A DNA stretch of 64,000 nucleotides from Octopus vulgaris (Eukaryota): the NCBI GenBank assembly GCA_951406725.2, contig OX597821.1, forward strand, positions 97,650,001 to 97,714,000, read 5' to 3'. The notes under the pieces were generated by a model. That model was not told the DNA's origin, made no database searches, and saw only the letters and a list, made by a program, of their open reading frames with translations. This document shows, piece after piece, positions 51,854-63,879 of this stretch. The first letter of the stretch is position 1. Every line of letters begins with the position of its first letter. A program made the position numbers and the translations under genes.

Positions 51854-54800
51854 TGTTGTAAAGCAGTTTTTTACCACTCTTGTATCTGTTTTTTTACAAC
51901 GGTTGTAATGTCTGTGGTATGACCACCCTCTGAGCATACATTAGTACACCATCACATATAGAGTACACATTCACATCTTGGTGGTTCTTTGCATCAGATC
52001 TTTCTTTATTTCTTTTTGTTAACCACAGTTTTCTGTTTGGTTCATTAATAAATTTGTCATTTCTTGCATCTCTTCCAAAGTTACTGGTAGTTCACACAAT
52101 ATTCCACATCACTTGTTTTTGTTTCTTCTTCCACTCTTAGCACTGCTATTACAGTGTCCTCCAGCAGTTCATTATTTCTCAGAATCAGCTTAGACAGACC
52201 ATTGGCATGACCCAAAATTTTGACAACAGATATTCCATTCTACAATCGTAGTTTAATAGAATGGTACCCCACTGCTGCATTCTGTTTGCCACATGTTGGG
52301 ATTCCTTTCTTGGATCCATATATAATTATTAGAGGTCTGTGATCAGTTTGCAACCAAAAACGTTGGCTGTGGATGAACCTGTGAAATTTTTTCATACCAG
52401 ATATAATAGCCAACACCCCTTTTTCATTCTAGCTATAGCTCTTTTCCCCCAGTAATAATATCCTTGATGTGTGAACGAACTATAGCCTTTCTCCTGCCAT
52501 CGGTATCTTTGTGTAAGAGCATGGCTCCAATCCCATACTTGCTAGCATCTGTAGCTAGAATTATCTCTAACTTTGGGTCAATATGCATAAGATACAAGTC
52601 TGAAGTTAATGCATCTTTTAACTCACCAATGCTTTCTGGCATTTCTCTGTCCAAATCCATTTGGTATTTTTTTAAATAATTCATTTAGTGGTGCCCTTAC
52701 CTTATGTATATTTGGTATATACACTTGGTCATAATTTACCAAGCCTAGGAATGCTTGTAGCATTGTCACGTTTGTTGGGTGTGGCATATTTTGTATTGCC
52801 GTTGCGCTTGATAGCTCCAGTTTGTGTTCACTTTCATTGATTACCTGACCTAGATATTTTATTTTTTCCATAAAAAATTTGCATTTTTCTTCTGTTAGTT
52901 TTAGACCATATTCACTTATTTTCTCAAATATTTTCTTTATGTGTTCGACATGTTGCACCTGAGACTCACTCTTTAACAGAATGTATTGCATCCATTATTT
53001 GTTGGAATATGGCAGGTGCTACTTTTACCTCTAATGGCAATCATATGAACTTGTACAATCCACAGTGCATGTTGATTGTTAGCTGTGTGCAATCTTCTTC
53101 TAACTGAATTTGAAGGTATGCCACTGAGAGGTTTAACTTTGAAAAAATTTTCCCTCCATTTAGTTGAGCAAAAACTTCTGGGCTTGGAAGTGGGTAATTG
53201 TGTGTGAGTTAACAGTCGCTTAACCTGGTTGAGAAGTCTGTGCACATTCTTAGCTTATTATTTTTCTTTTATGTACACTGCTGGTGCTGCCCAGTTTGCA
53301 TGGTCAATCTTTTCACTTATATTTAGGCTTTCCAGCCTTTCTAGTTCTTTATTAACCTGATCTACCACCACAAACAGCATATTCTGTTAGGGCCTGAAAA
53401 CAGATGTTGAATTTTCTTTGCTAGCAATCTTACTTTAGATGATGTTCTCCTGGGGCTACAAGCTACAGTAACACCTACCCTTAGTGGTTAGCCATATTGA
53501 GATGGCAAATATACCTCACATAATCTTATTTTTGTTTTTGTGCAAAAAACTTTTGGGTAAGTTTCATTCATGTTTTTGTTCCAGTTCATTGACCTCATCT
53601 GATCATTTGACAATTCTATTTACTTTATTGCACAAAGCGCTTATGGGTGTGTCCCATAAATTGAATTTCTCTATACATTCGGTGCCAAATAAATTCACGG
53701 ATTTTTTCAGTACATAAACATTCACTTTTTGGATTCGACCTATGAACATTGTTTTACAAACACGTTCACCCATCAAAAATAATTTTCTTTCTGTGACATT
53801 GTATGCTATTTTGTTTGAACTACATAATTTCAGTTTACCCATTCATTCCCTTGTTTTCTCATTTATGATTGTGATATCACTTCCCATGTCTACTTGCATT
53901 CTGACAACTAGTGTCTTCAATTCTCACATTCATGAACTTTGCTTGTTGTAGTCACAACTTTTCCTGCTGACAAACTATTTATTTTTTCTTGTTTGTTCCG
54001 ATTTCCTATCATTCTAGTTTTGCAGAGCGATTTTATGTCCTGTAAATCCACAGTGAAAACACTTTGCTTTCTTTATACGAACAATCTTTTTTCAGGTGCA
54101 TCCCACCACATGCCATACATGGGTCTACATCCCAATATTTTTTCTGCTTTTCCTGCAACACTTTATTTGTCTTCCAACTTTTTTGCATTGGTCTCATGTG
54201 GAAACAATCTTTCTGTTGCATTTCTTCCGTGTCATGCCTTAATTTTAATGGCCTGTCACACTCTTCTGACAGTTTCTGCACTGTCATATCCTGGTTCATT
54301 TCTAGTTTTGATAGAATATCTGTTCGGATTTTTGCATCCTTTCTATCTGTCAATCCTTCTGCAAAAATTAAACACTTGAAAGAATCTGGAGTATGCATAT
54401 CTAGCCTAACTTTCTCACATTCTTTGTTGATTGTGCCTGTATAAGTAGTGATGTCTTCGTCTTCACTCTTTTCTATGTTTAAACATTTCCATCTAGTATT
54501 AAACAGTGAGCTCTTTTCACTAAACATTTTACACAAAATGTCAACTGTGTCAGTGAAATTTATGCTGGACACTTTTTTTGGCAATATGAAGTTACTATAC
54601 TTCTCATGCTCTGCTGTCACCACTTTTCTTAACACTAGACACGTTTTCATATTGTTCATCCAATCCTGGCATTTTTTTTCCAAAGATTTCTTGAAATCTT
54701 CGAAAGAAAGCCTTGAAGGTTACTCCTTCCTCAGGGTCAATTGAATTCACTTATTGAACTTGCCACATGTCAGGTGAAAATGTATTCTCCAGATCAGTTA

Positions 54801-55403
54801 TCAACTTCATTAAGTGTAACATTTGCTGCTGCAATACTTGTTGTTGTTCTCGTTGTTCTTTGAATTGTTGCTGTTTTTGCAACTCAACTATCCCAGCTGA
54901 CTAATCTTCCATATTTTACGGGTTTTCGTAAGTTTACACAAGATTTTTGTTTCTTTTTTGTAGAGGTATTTAATTTTTCATGTGAAGTAGTTTAAACTCT
55001 CCATGTGAATGTTTTTGGTTTTTTTTACCCCCCGTGTAAATTTGTTTTTCCTCGTTGCCACTGTTGTAAAGTGGCCTTTTACCACTTTTGCATCTGTCTT
55101 TTGATGACAGTTGTCACTCTGACAGCTATTGATATATTAACGAAGTCATCAATAGAATGGTTCTATCTGGCACTGTACAACCACCAGTCATAAAGTGTTA
55201 TTATCTTCAAGAGGTTGGAACGTTATAACATCCACTCAGTATCACAGTATAATAACTATATCAGCACAAACACGACTATCAACACAGTCTACACATACTC
55301 TCGACCTTCTCACCTTCTTCTGTTGACTGGCTACTGGTCTATTTATAATGGCTAGTTACTACCACATTTTACCGGGAGGAGTGTAGAGTTTCACTATACA
55401 ACA
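51854..55403 (-). mobile_element. Gypsy LTR retrotransposon (Mag-like), degenerate, integrase largely deleted
   Basis: 5' LTR 55062-55403 (TGTTGTA...TACAACA) followed by PBS-like TGGCAACGAGG. Gag with CMACGGMHLKKDC, protease QVDMGSDITII, RT (IKYLG, AFLGLVNY), RNase H LATDASKYGIGA. Diverged 3' LTR remnant at 51854-~51915. Confidence 0.9.
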
Positions 55404-56953
55404 AGTTACACATTTTTGATTCATGTTAATTCAGCATGAAAAATTAAATTGATGGTATCTATGTCTGTGGAATACTCAACCACTTCCCTGTTGATTTTAA
55501 TGAGTAGGTATCTCACTTGACTGAACAACTAAATGCAGCCCTTCATCATCATCACCATCACCACCACCACTACAAAGACCATCATCCTCAAATTTTGTTT
55601 TTCATATTTGCACGGGTCGGATGAGTCTTTATCAACACAGTATCCGACAACAAGTGGTCAGATTCTATGTTCTTTACCATCTCCTTTGTGAAGTCCATCC
55701 ACCTCACCTCCAAGATAGCTCTTCACTTTATCCCTTCCACCCATGTCTTCCTTGTTCTACCACTTCCCTTTTTTCCATATCTTCTGGCCTGTCTTCCCTT
55801 GCCTTTCATCTTCTGTGTGCATTACATGTTTATACCAGTGTGGCCATCTCTCTTGCACACCACGGCTGATTCATCTCTTATACTTTTCCACCAACTCCAA
55901 GCAGTGAGCAGCCTGGTAATTTAACAAAACATCTTCAAGTCTGCTCACAGCTAGCCATCTTTGTTCTCCTTGAGTAAATACAGGCTTGTCTAATGCAAAA
56001 ACAATTGTTCTTGACCAGACCAATGTTCTCCTTCATTTGTTCTTTGTGATTTTTCCTTTTTATATTTCCATGACTTTTTTTCAGTTTAATTTTTCTTTAA
56101 TTTTGTTTTGCCTTTGTATTTGGAAACAAAACAGTTGACAGAAGATTAGACTGAAATGGTTGTTATTGTTGAATGGTTTCACTTCTTAACGGAGTAAGGT
56201 AAATAAACGATCAAACTGGAAAGAGCACAGGGAGAGAGAGAGAGACTAAACACACACACACATACACATTGACACACTCATACATATTCACATACATACA
56301 TACACATTAACATATATATACAGACTGACATACACATACATACACATTCATACTCATTCACACGCACATATAAACTGGCATACACATACACATTGATACA
56401 CATGTACTCACTTCTATCACATACTCATTAACACACACACACGCACACATTCTCTTGCTCTCTCTCATTCTCACACACACACAGACACACTCACGCATAC
56501 TCATTCTCACAAAAACTCTCTCTCTCTCTCTCTCTCTCTCCCCACCCACATAAAACAATACACGGCCATGGTGCTGCTGTAAAAATTCAGCAGAATATTT
56601 ACATAAACTGTTATTGTCTTAATATTTCTTCTCCATTTTCTTCCTCTTTTATGTTTGTTTTCTTGATTTTGTTGGGTTTTTCTTGGCAAACAAGACACCA
56701 TTTTAATCTTTTTTTCTCTTTATTTATTATTTATGTTATTGTTTTGTCTCTGTAAATAAAACAAATATAAAAAAAGCCATCTGTCAGACTGTCTGATCAT
56801 TGACAATTAGATTTGGTGTAAATTCTTAGGAATGCTGGTCTAATTTCATTTAGTATTTATGTATACAGTTGTGTGAGTTTATGTGTATACATGTATCTAT
56901 GTCTGCTTGTGTACATATTTGTATATGTGTGTGTGTATGTGCATGCATACATA

Positions 56954-57007
56954 CATGGCCCCTGCGCAAGGATGACATGCCAATTCGTGAAGCGTTCCAT
57001 ATTTTTT
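56954..57007 (+). pseudogene. U6: U6 snRNA 3'-half retro-fragment
   Basis: CATGGCCCCTGCGCAAGGATGACATGCCAATTCGTGAAGCGTTCCATATTTTTT matches the conserved metazoan U6 3' half with 2 substitutions. The 5' half, including ACAGAGA, is absent. Confidence 0.93.
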
Positions 57008-57412
57008 ATAGGCGCAGGAGTGGCTGTGTGGTAAGTATCTTGCTAATCAACCACATGGTTCAGTCCCACTGCATGGCATCTTGGGCAAGTGTCTTCTGCT
57101 ATAGCCTTGGGCCGACCAATGCCTTGTGAGTGGATTTGGTAGACGGAAACTGAACGAAGCCTGTCATATATATGTATATATATATGTGTGTGTGTGTGTC
57201 TGTGTTTGTCCCCCTAGCATTGCTTGACAACCGATGCTGGTGTGTTTATGTCCTCGTCACTTAGCGGTTCGGCAAAAGAGACCGATAGAATAAGTACTAG
57301 GCTTACAAAGAATAAGTCTCGGGGTCAATTTGCTCGACTAAAGGCGGTGCTCCAGCATGGCTGCAGTCAAATGACTGAAACAAGTAAAGGAGAGTAAAAG
57401 AGTAAAAGAGAG
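57008..57412 (+). mobile_element. SINE family A, full length, fused to the U6 fragment
   Basis: Starts immediately after the U6 oligo-T. Confidence 0.9.
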
Positions 57413-57424
57413 TACATACATATC

Positions 57425-57960
57425 ATCCGCATCATAAGCAGTTGTCCAAAAATGTCATCTCTACTGATGAGACATGACGTTGTTGCTACGACACTTTATA
57501 ATGAACCTTGAGGACAAAGAAATAAGAACCCACAGTATGGTAGAAGCTATAACCACTCTAATAAAAAGGAGTACAAGTGGAATGTTCCTGTGAAGACCTC
57601 GTTAAAATGTAAGCACAACAGACCTGATATAATGATTTGGGATTGAAAAGAGAAACAGTGTATAGTTGTGAAAATTAGCTGGCCAGTGGATGTTAGCATA
57701 AAGCTGAAGATCAATGAAAAAGAGAATACCTACACTGAACTATTGAGAAATCTGCAGTTACTCTACCCAGATTACAAGTTCAGGCTTGTACCTGTAATCA
57801 TTAGGGCCCTGAGATACGTAACACACTGCCTAAATACCAATCTTGAGAAATTAGGATACTCAAAACCAGAAAAGAAGAAAGCTAATTTGAAGACTACAGA
57901 TTCAATCCATCAGAGGAAGTGTAAAAATCTGTAAAACTTTGCAGAAGTTTATCATTTAAA
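57425..57960 (+). mobile_element. R4/Dong-like LINE 3' fragment (restriction-like endonuclease)
   Basis: RHD...KHNRPDIMIWD...KINEKENTY.ELLRNLQLLYPDYKFRLVPVII. Confidence 0.8.
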
Positions 57961-58456
57961 TATATATGAGCATATGCAGATATGCAACTATATGCATGAG
58001 AATACATACGTAAAACAAAACATACAAATCTGCACATATACATCTGTCCTGCAGATATAAATATATCTTCGAAAATCAAAGAAAAAGAGGATGTCTATGG
58101 GCAATTCCTTTGAAACTTCCAGTTTCTATATCCTGACTATATCCAGACTATTCATACCAATAATAAATTAGAGCTCTAGGTTTTGTTAGTAAATGCTAAT
58201 TCGTAAATTACAAGTGCAATCTGTGAGTGGAACAGTAAGAATATGCAAGACTTTTCTCAAGTTTCAAGTATGAATTTGTCTGTGTTAACTACATCCTGAA
58301 GATGGAGCCTTGTATCTTTGTTAGAAACTGGCTCTGTCCTCAATAGAAGATTTATAATAATTAAAATATAGAAGAGACATGCATGCATACATATATACAT
58401 GCATCCATCCATCCATCCATCCATCCATCCATACATACATACATACATACATACAT

Positions 58457-58489
<33 letters not shown>

Positions 58490-58602
58490 TACATACATAC
58501 AAACAAAAATACTCTGTTGTTGATGTTGAAATTTCATTGAAGCAACCTTGTATCTAGGTTAGAAACCGGCTCTTTCTCTATTGGCAAGAAATCTTGAAAT
58601 AG

Positions 58603-58872
58603 TCGGTTGCGGGGTCACTCCGAAAAGCTCTATCTGCGACGATTTCATCTCAATCGAAGGAGAGGGGCTTTCTCTGTCCGGGTTGCAGATCCGTGGAATA
58701 AGCTGCCAGACGAGATGGTGAAGATGCCGACGACCGCTCGGTTTAAAGTCTCCCTTGACCACAAGTGGCCTGAACTCTTTACATGAGCACCACCCTGTAC
58801 ATAACTCCATGTACCCCTACATGGCCTTGCATTTTGCTTTTTGAGCAAAAAATTAACTAACTAACTAACTAA
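58603..58872 (+). mobile_element. CR1-type LINE 3' end with (TAAC)n tail
   Basis: RLRGHSEKLYLRRFHLNRRRGAFSVRVADPWNKLP...FKVSLD, a short UTR and a tandem tail. CpG-rich. Confidence 0.8.
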
Positions 58873-59451
58873 AACTGAACATACATATTAGTTAATAAAT
58901 TGTGTGGTATAGACCTGGTTATTTGCTGGTAAAGCACCTTCACTAGCTCAGTGTTTGTTGGGTATGTGATTAATGAGAGAGATGGAAGATACGAGAATCT
59001 TTATTGATCACTACAATTGTTTTGACCCAGCAAAAAAAAGTATCAGATATAATCTTTAGTAGGTATGAATGTACAAATGTCCACACATATGTGGTCTGGT
59101 GCACATACACTCGCTCATAGAAATGAGCTGTATTGTGTATTTGTTTCTCTTTGTATCTGAACTTTGTTATGGGTCTTCTTTAAGAATGAAGTTGTACTCC
59201 TTAATTTGCTATTTCTCTATACAAAAACCAAGAAGAAATCCAGTGAAACAGAGTTTATTTTAACGAGATACCTTGTGAAATCACCTGAGGAGAAACATCT
59301 ACACTGAGGGAGACACCTAAACCAGTTGTATAGTAGCCCACCTGCAAGGGATCATTGCTAGATGGGTCAAAACAAGTGTAGTGATCAATAAAGATTCTCA
59401 TAGTTTCCATCTTCTGTCTGCCTCGTTAATTACACACACACACACACACAG

Positions 59452-59773
59452 AGGTGCAGGTGTGGCAGTGTGGTAAAAAGCTTGCTTCCCAAATGCATGG
59501 TTCTGAGTTCAGTCACACTGTGTGATACCTTGCACAGGTTCTGCTATAGCCTCAGGTCAACCAAAGCCTTCTAAGTGGATTTGGTAGATAGAAACTGAAA
59601 GGAGTTCATTGTGTGTGTGTATTTGTCCCACAACCACTTGACAATTGGTGTTTATGTTCCTGTAACTTAGCAGTTCAGCAAAAGAGATTGATACAATAAG
59701 TACTGGGGTCGATTCATTTGACTAAAAATTGTTCAAGGTGGTGCCCCAGCATGGCCACAGTCTAATGGCTAAA
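59452..59773 (+). mobile_element. SINE family A-related, diverged
   Basis: Colinear with the consensus, with deletions. Confidence 0.75.
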
Positions 59774-60284
59774 ACCATTTAAAGATAAAGGATAAACATA
59801 ATATATACATATACGTGGCCGTTGCCAGCACCGCCCCGACGGGCCTCCGTGCCGGTGGCATGTGAAAGCACTATCCAATCATGGTCATTACCAGCCTCAC
59901 CTGGTCCCTGTGCCAAGTGCATGTAAAAAGCACCATCCGACCATGGCCGTTTGCAAGCCCCGTCTGGCACCTGTGCCGGTGGCACGTAAAAAGCACCCAC
60001 TACACTCACGAAGTGGTTGGCGTTAGGAAGGGCATCCAGCTGTAGAAACACTGCCAGATCAGACTGGGCCTGGTGCAGCCTTCTGACTTCCCAGACCCCA
60101 GTTGAGCCGTCCAACCCATGCTAGCATGGAAAGCGGACGCTAAATGATGATGATGATATATATCATCATTTAATGTTCCTTTTGCCATACTGACAGGAGT
60201 TGAACATATATGTTTATATAAGTGTATATGTTTCTGTATAAGAGTCTATCTGTGTATGTGTCTATATATGTATGTATATGCATG

Positions 60285-60509
60285 TACGAATGGATGCTGA
60301 ACAGTTCCTGGCTTAAAGGGTATTGCGAATGGCCTAGTTGGAGGCTCAACCTTCCAGATTCTTTTACTGAGCTTAGAAAAACTAAAGGACTGCTGCAATA
60401 AGTGTGTGATTCTGAGAGGGGAATAAGTTGGATACAATTATAATTAACTAATCCTCTTGTATTTTCTTCTACCCAAAGCCAGGAACTTTTCAGTACCCCC
60501 CCCCCCTCA
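60285..60509 (+). mobile_element. mariner right-end fragment
   Basis: LEKLKDCCNKCVILRGE C-terminus, then TIR-like GAACTTTTCAGTACCCCC..TCA|TA. Confidence 0.55.
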
Positions 60510-61039
60510 TATGTGCACTCTACTTATATATTCATATATGTCTGCTGTATATATGTAAATAGAGAAATAGATTTAAAAAATAGGATAAAATCTTAATAAG
60601 AAATTTTAACAAGAAATTATTGAGTAGTTAGCATGAAAAACCTCATAAGAGAAAAAAAACTGTAAATTTTTTTCTTTGAAAATATTTAAATATATATTGT
60701 ATAGAGGGCATTATTACACATAAATGCCACATGCTAGGAGGGACTCTTAAAGTCATAACTACCAAATATAAACACATTGTACCGAATGCAATTCTCAAAG
60801 CGAGTCATTTAAAAACAGAATTTAATGCCCTCTATACAATATAAATAGAGAAATAGATAGATTGTAGATAAGGTGCAAGGGGCTGAATCTGGTCAGTTTG
60901 AACATAAAATGGATAGAATATGTGGGCCAGATATGGTTAGTTTCAATGCTAAAGGGTTAAATTACCTGGAATTCTCAGAGTTACCTGTCTAACCACCACT
61001 AGGTCCAGTTTGTTATGCTGTAGCACCTGATCTGTTTGG

Positions 61040-61940
61040 ATTGGGAAATCTTATAGGATTTTGTAGATTTCCAATTCTGTCACTCTGAAGTTTGTGTTTG
61101 TACCATGTCTTGCTTCCCTCCAGATCCAACTTTTTGCATAGTTACCAATGTAGCACTTTCGCTACCTCATCATGTCATAAAACCTTGTGATGGGGTTTGA
61201 CCAAGTCTAGGACATTTGTTCATGATATGAGCGATGGTTTCATCCACTCTATTACAGATATGGCACATTGGAGACACTGGCTCATTCCTAAGGTTGACCC
61301 TCCAGTTTGTGGCTAAAGCTTGGTCTTGCACTGCCAGTACAGTGCTCTCAGTCTCTTTTTTCCGTGCTCCTTTCTTCAGCCAATCCCACCTATGTTTCCC
61401 AGTAACTTCAATTGCGGCTATATGGAATTGTCCTTTGTTGTGTAATGCTTCTTCATGTCCTTTTTTGTACTTCTTGTTTTGCTTTCCCTTTTTTTCAACT
61501 TTCATTATGCCCTCATTCTTAACTGACACTAGCAAGGTCTCCTTATTTCAGGATAGGTATCTCAGGATAGGTATCTCAGTAAGTATTCCACACTTATCAG
61601 TCTCCTTCTTCCATTTACTCTCTTCACATATAGGCAATCATTGTCTGCGTGGGGATGATGGGCTCCATGCATTGTTAGGACCTTTCTTGTCTTCCCGTCC
61701 AACACTTTTAACTCACCCTCCATCCTCTTCAGAACTCCAGTGCTATACTGAATTACTGCTACTGCACACAAGTCTATTGCCAAAATTATGTTTCTGGCAT
61801 TCAGCTTCGAAGCCAACATTTTTATTACACACTGTAGATACTCTTTTTCTGTCTTTTCTGTTATATCATGCTTAATTCCATCTGCCTCAAGTATTCCCAG
61901 GTATTTATATTCAGATTCAGGTTCATTTGCCTTCACTACT
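61040..61940 (-). mobile_element. R4/Dong-like LINE fragment (RT thumb + CCHC knuckle)
   Basis: YKYLGILEADGI, ETESTVLAVQDQAL and CHICNRVDETIAHIMNKC. Confidence 0.85.
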
Positions 61941-61953
61941 TGGCATATATATA

Positions 61954-62020
<67 letters not shown>

Positions 62021-62090
62021 CTATCCTGACAAACTTTCCTTATCTTATCACCATTGTAGCACGTTTTGCGTGTCCAACCTCTATCTTGAA

Positions 62091-62099
62091 TTATTATCA

Positions 62100-62166
<67 letters not shown>

Positions 62167-62205
62167 CATTATTATTATTATCATTATTATTATTATTATT
62201 ATTAT

Positions 62206-62241
<36 letters not shown>

Positions 62242-62270
62242 CAGTAGTGGTGGTGGTGGTGGTGGTGGTG
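62091..62270. repeat. Compound trinucleotide microsatellite (TTA)n(GTA)n(GTG)n
   Basis: Directly visible. One of many (TA)n, (CA)n and (CAT)n tracts in the window. Confidence 0.95.
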
Positions 62271-62718
62271 AGAGCAGCACACTGCCATCAAAGTGACAAT
62301 ATATCCATCATGGCTACATGCCTGACAAGGGTACACCAGGCATATGCACCACAATCATATCTGCACAACTTAATAACCTCATATCAAGGTGATGAACAAA
62401 ACACCCATGTTTCCAGAGGTGAACTAATCAAACACCAAATAATTCCTCTCAACACATGGCTATGATGCTCCCCCACTACTCCTGTTCATTTGACTGAGGA
62501 AGGCAGACTAGTCAAAACCTTAAAGTGACTATCAACCTTTTCCTTTTAAAACTTAATAAATATGTAATCTAGCAAAAAATTTTGAGTATCCAGCAGCTTA
62601 ATGCTAAATTGTTTTTCTATATGAGTAGATGTAAAAACAAATTATTTGTGTGTGTGCGTATGTGTGCACACGCACACACACACATACATATATACGGGGC
62701 GGGGTGTATATATATATA

Positions 62719-62943
62719 CTTTATTTAAAGCAGCAGAAAATTCAACAAAACCTGTTACTCTGAGTTTCCCGTTGCCGTTAATCGGACAGTTTTAGCAAAA
62801 ACTGTCCGATGAACGACAACGGGAAACTCAGAGTAACAGGTTTTGTTGAATTTTCTGCTGCTTTAAATAAAGCATATTACTCTACCACTGGTATTTGAGT
62901 ACTCTTTTTTCCACCTTGTTTCACATTTATGTGTTTACTCCGG
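62719..62943. mobile_element. (TA)n-flanked element: ~75-bp inverted repeat plus 3' extension, HHR-like motif on each arm (62802-62839 plus, 62752-62789 minus)
   Basis: CTGT-CCGATGA-ACGACAACGG-GAAAC-TCAGA-GTA-ACAG. Palindrome centre at ~62795. Confidence 0.8.
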
Positions 62944-63259
62944 TATATATATATATATATATATATATACGTATACTGCTTGTATGATCTACATATGTAT
63001 AATGTATGTATTTCTATATATATATATATACACATCTGAATTTACGAACAAGAGGAAGTGCTCAATTCCAAAGTAGAATATTACTATTTGTTATAGTACT
63101 GATATCATTCTGGCTTTGTACTCTGCAGAGTTCCAGTAGAAAATAATCTCATTACAATGTTTGTGTGTGTGTGTGTACTTTGGTTCCATCAATACTGATA
63201 ATTAAACTTTACGACAACGGTGACTTTGTTTCTACAAATTTTATTAATTCTTTTTTTAG

Positions 63260-63455
63260 ATGCTTTTCATGTGGTCACCATTTAACCCCCAAAAACTGTT
63301 GGTCAAACCAGTTTGATCCTGAAGACAAAGAAATCTATTGCATTTCTCACTATCCTAGAGTTGGAGCAGCCCATGTCACTAAAGAGGCTGTTGGTATAAG
63401 ACAAGCCATCGCTGCTCAGAATGACATCAAAGTTCTCACTGGAACCTCTGATCAG
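63260..63455 (+). CDS. Internal coding exon: second half of a LIM domain, hillarin-like (LIM + transglutaminase-like family)
   Basis: Acceptor ttctttttttag and donor CAG|gtaata. Translates CFSCGHHLTPKNCWSNQFDPEDKEIYCISHYPRVGAAHVTKEAVGIRQAI, matching the hillarin pattern as recalled: CxxC..LT.K....NQ....DKE.YC.SH.P..G..H.....VGIR.A. Confidence 0.8.
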
Positions 63456-63650
63456 GTAATATATCATAGTTTTGGTTATTGTGTTATTGTTTGGGAAAAA
63501 AAGTCTATAACTGGAATTGCATATGTGTGTGTGTGTGGGGGGTGAGTGCATGCATGTACGTGTGCCCTCATGTAGTGCATGGTTCAGGGGTTAAGAAATT
63601 TGCTTGGCAACCACTTGGTTTCACGTTCAATCTCTTTGGACAAGTATGTG

Positions 63651-63879
63651 CTGGCAGACTCGTTAGCACACTGGGCGAAATGCTTAGCGATATTTCGTCT
63701 GTCATTACGTTCTGAGTTCAAATTCCGCCGAGGTTGACTTTGCCTTTCATCCTTTCGGGGTCGATAAATAAAGTACTAGTATCGCACTGGGGGGGGGTGT
63801 TCATGTAATCGACTTAATCCCTTTGTCTGTCCTTGTTTGTCCCCTCTATGTTTAGCCCCTTGTGGGCAATAAAGAAATA
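63651..63879 (+). mobile_element. SINE family C
   Basis: Colinear with the 12114 family. Confidence 0.85.

Noticed and set aside
56954-57007. Functional U6 gene
   Set aside because: It lacks the 5' half, including the ACAGAGA box, and any upstream promoter context.
61788-62465. 225-aa ORF with poly-L/poly-V, and many YIYI/HTHT/CVCV ORFs across the window
   Set aside because: These are translations of microsatellites, not genes.
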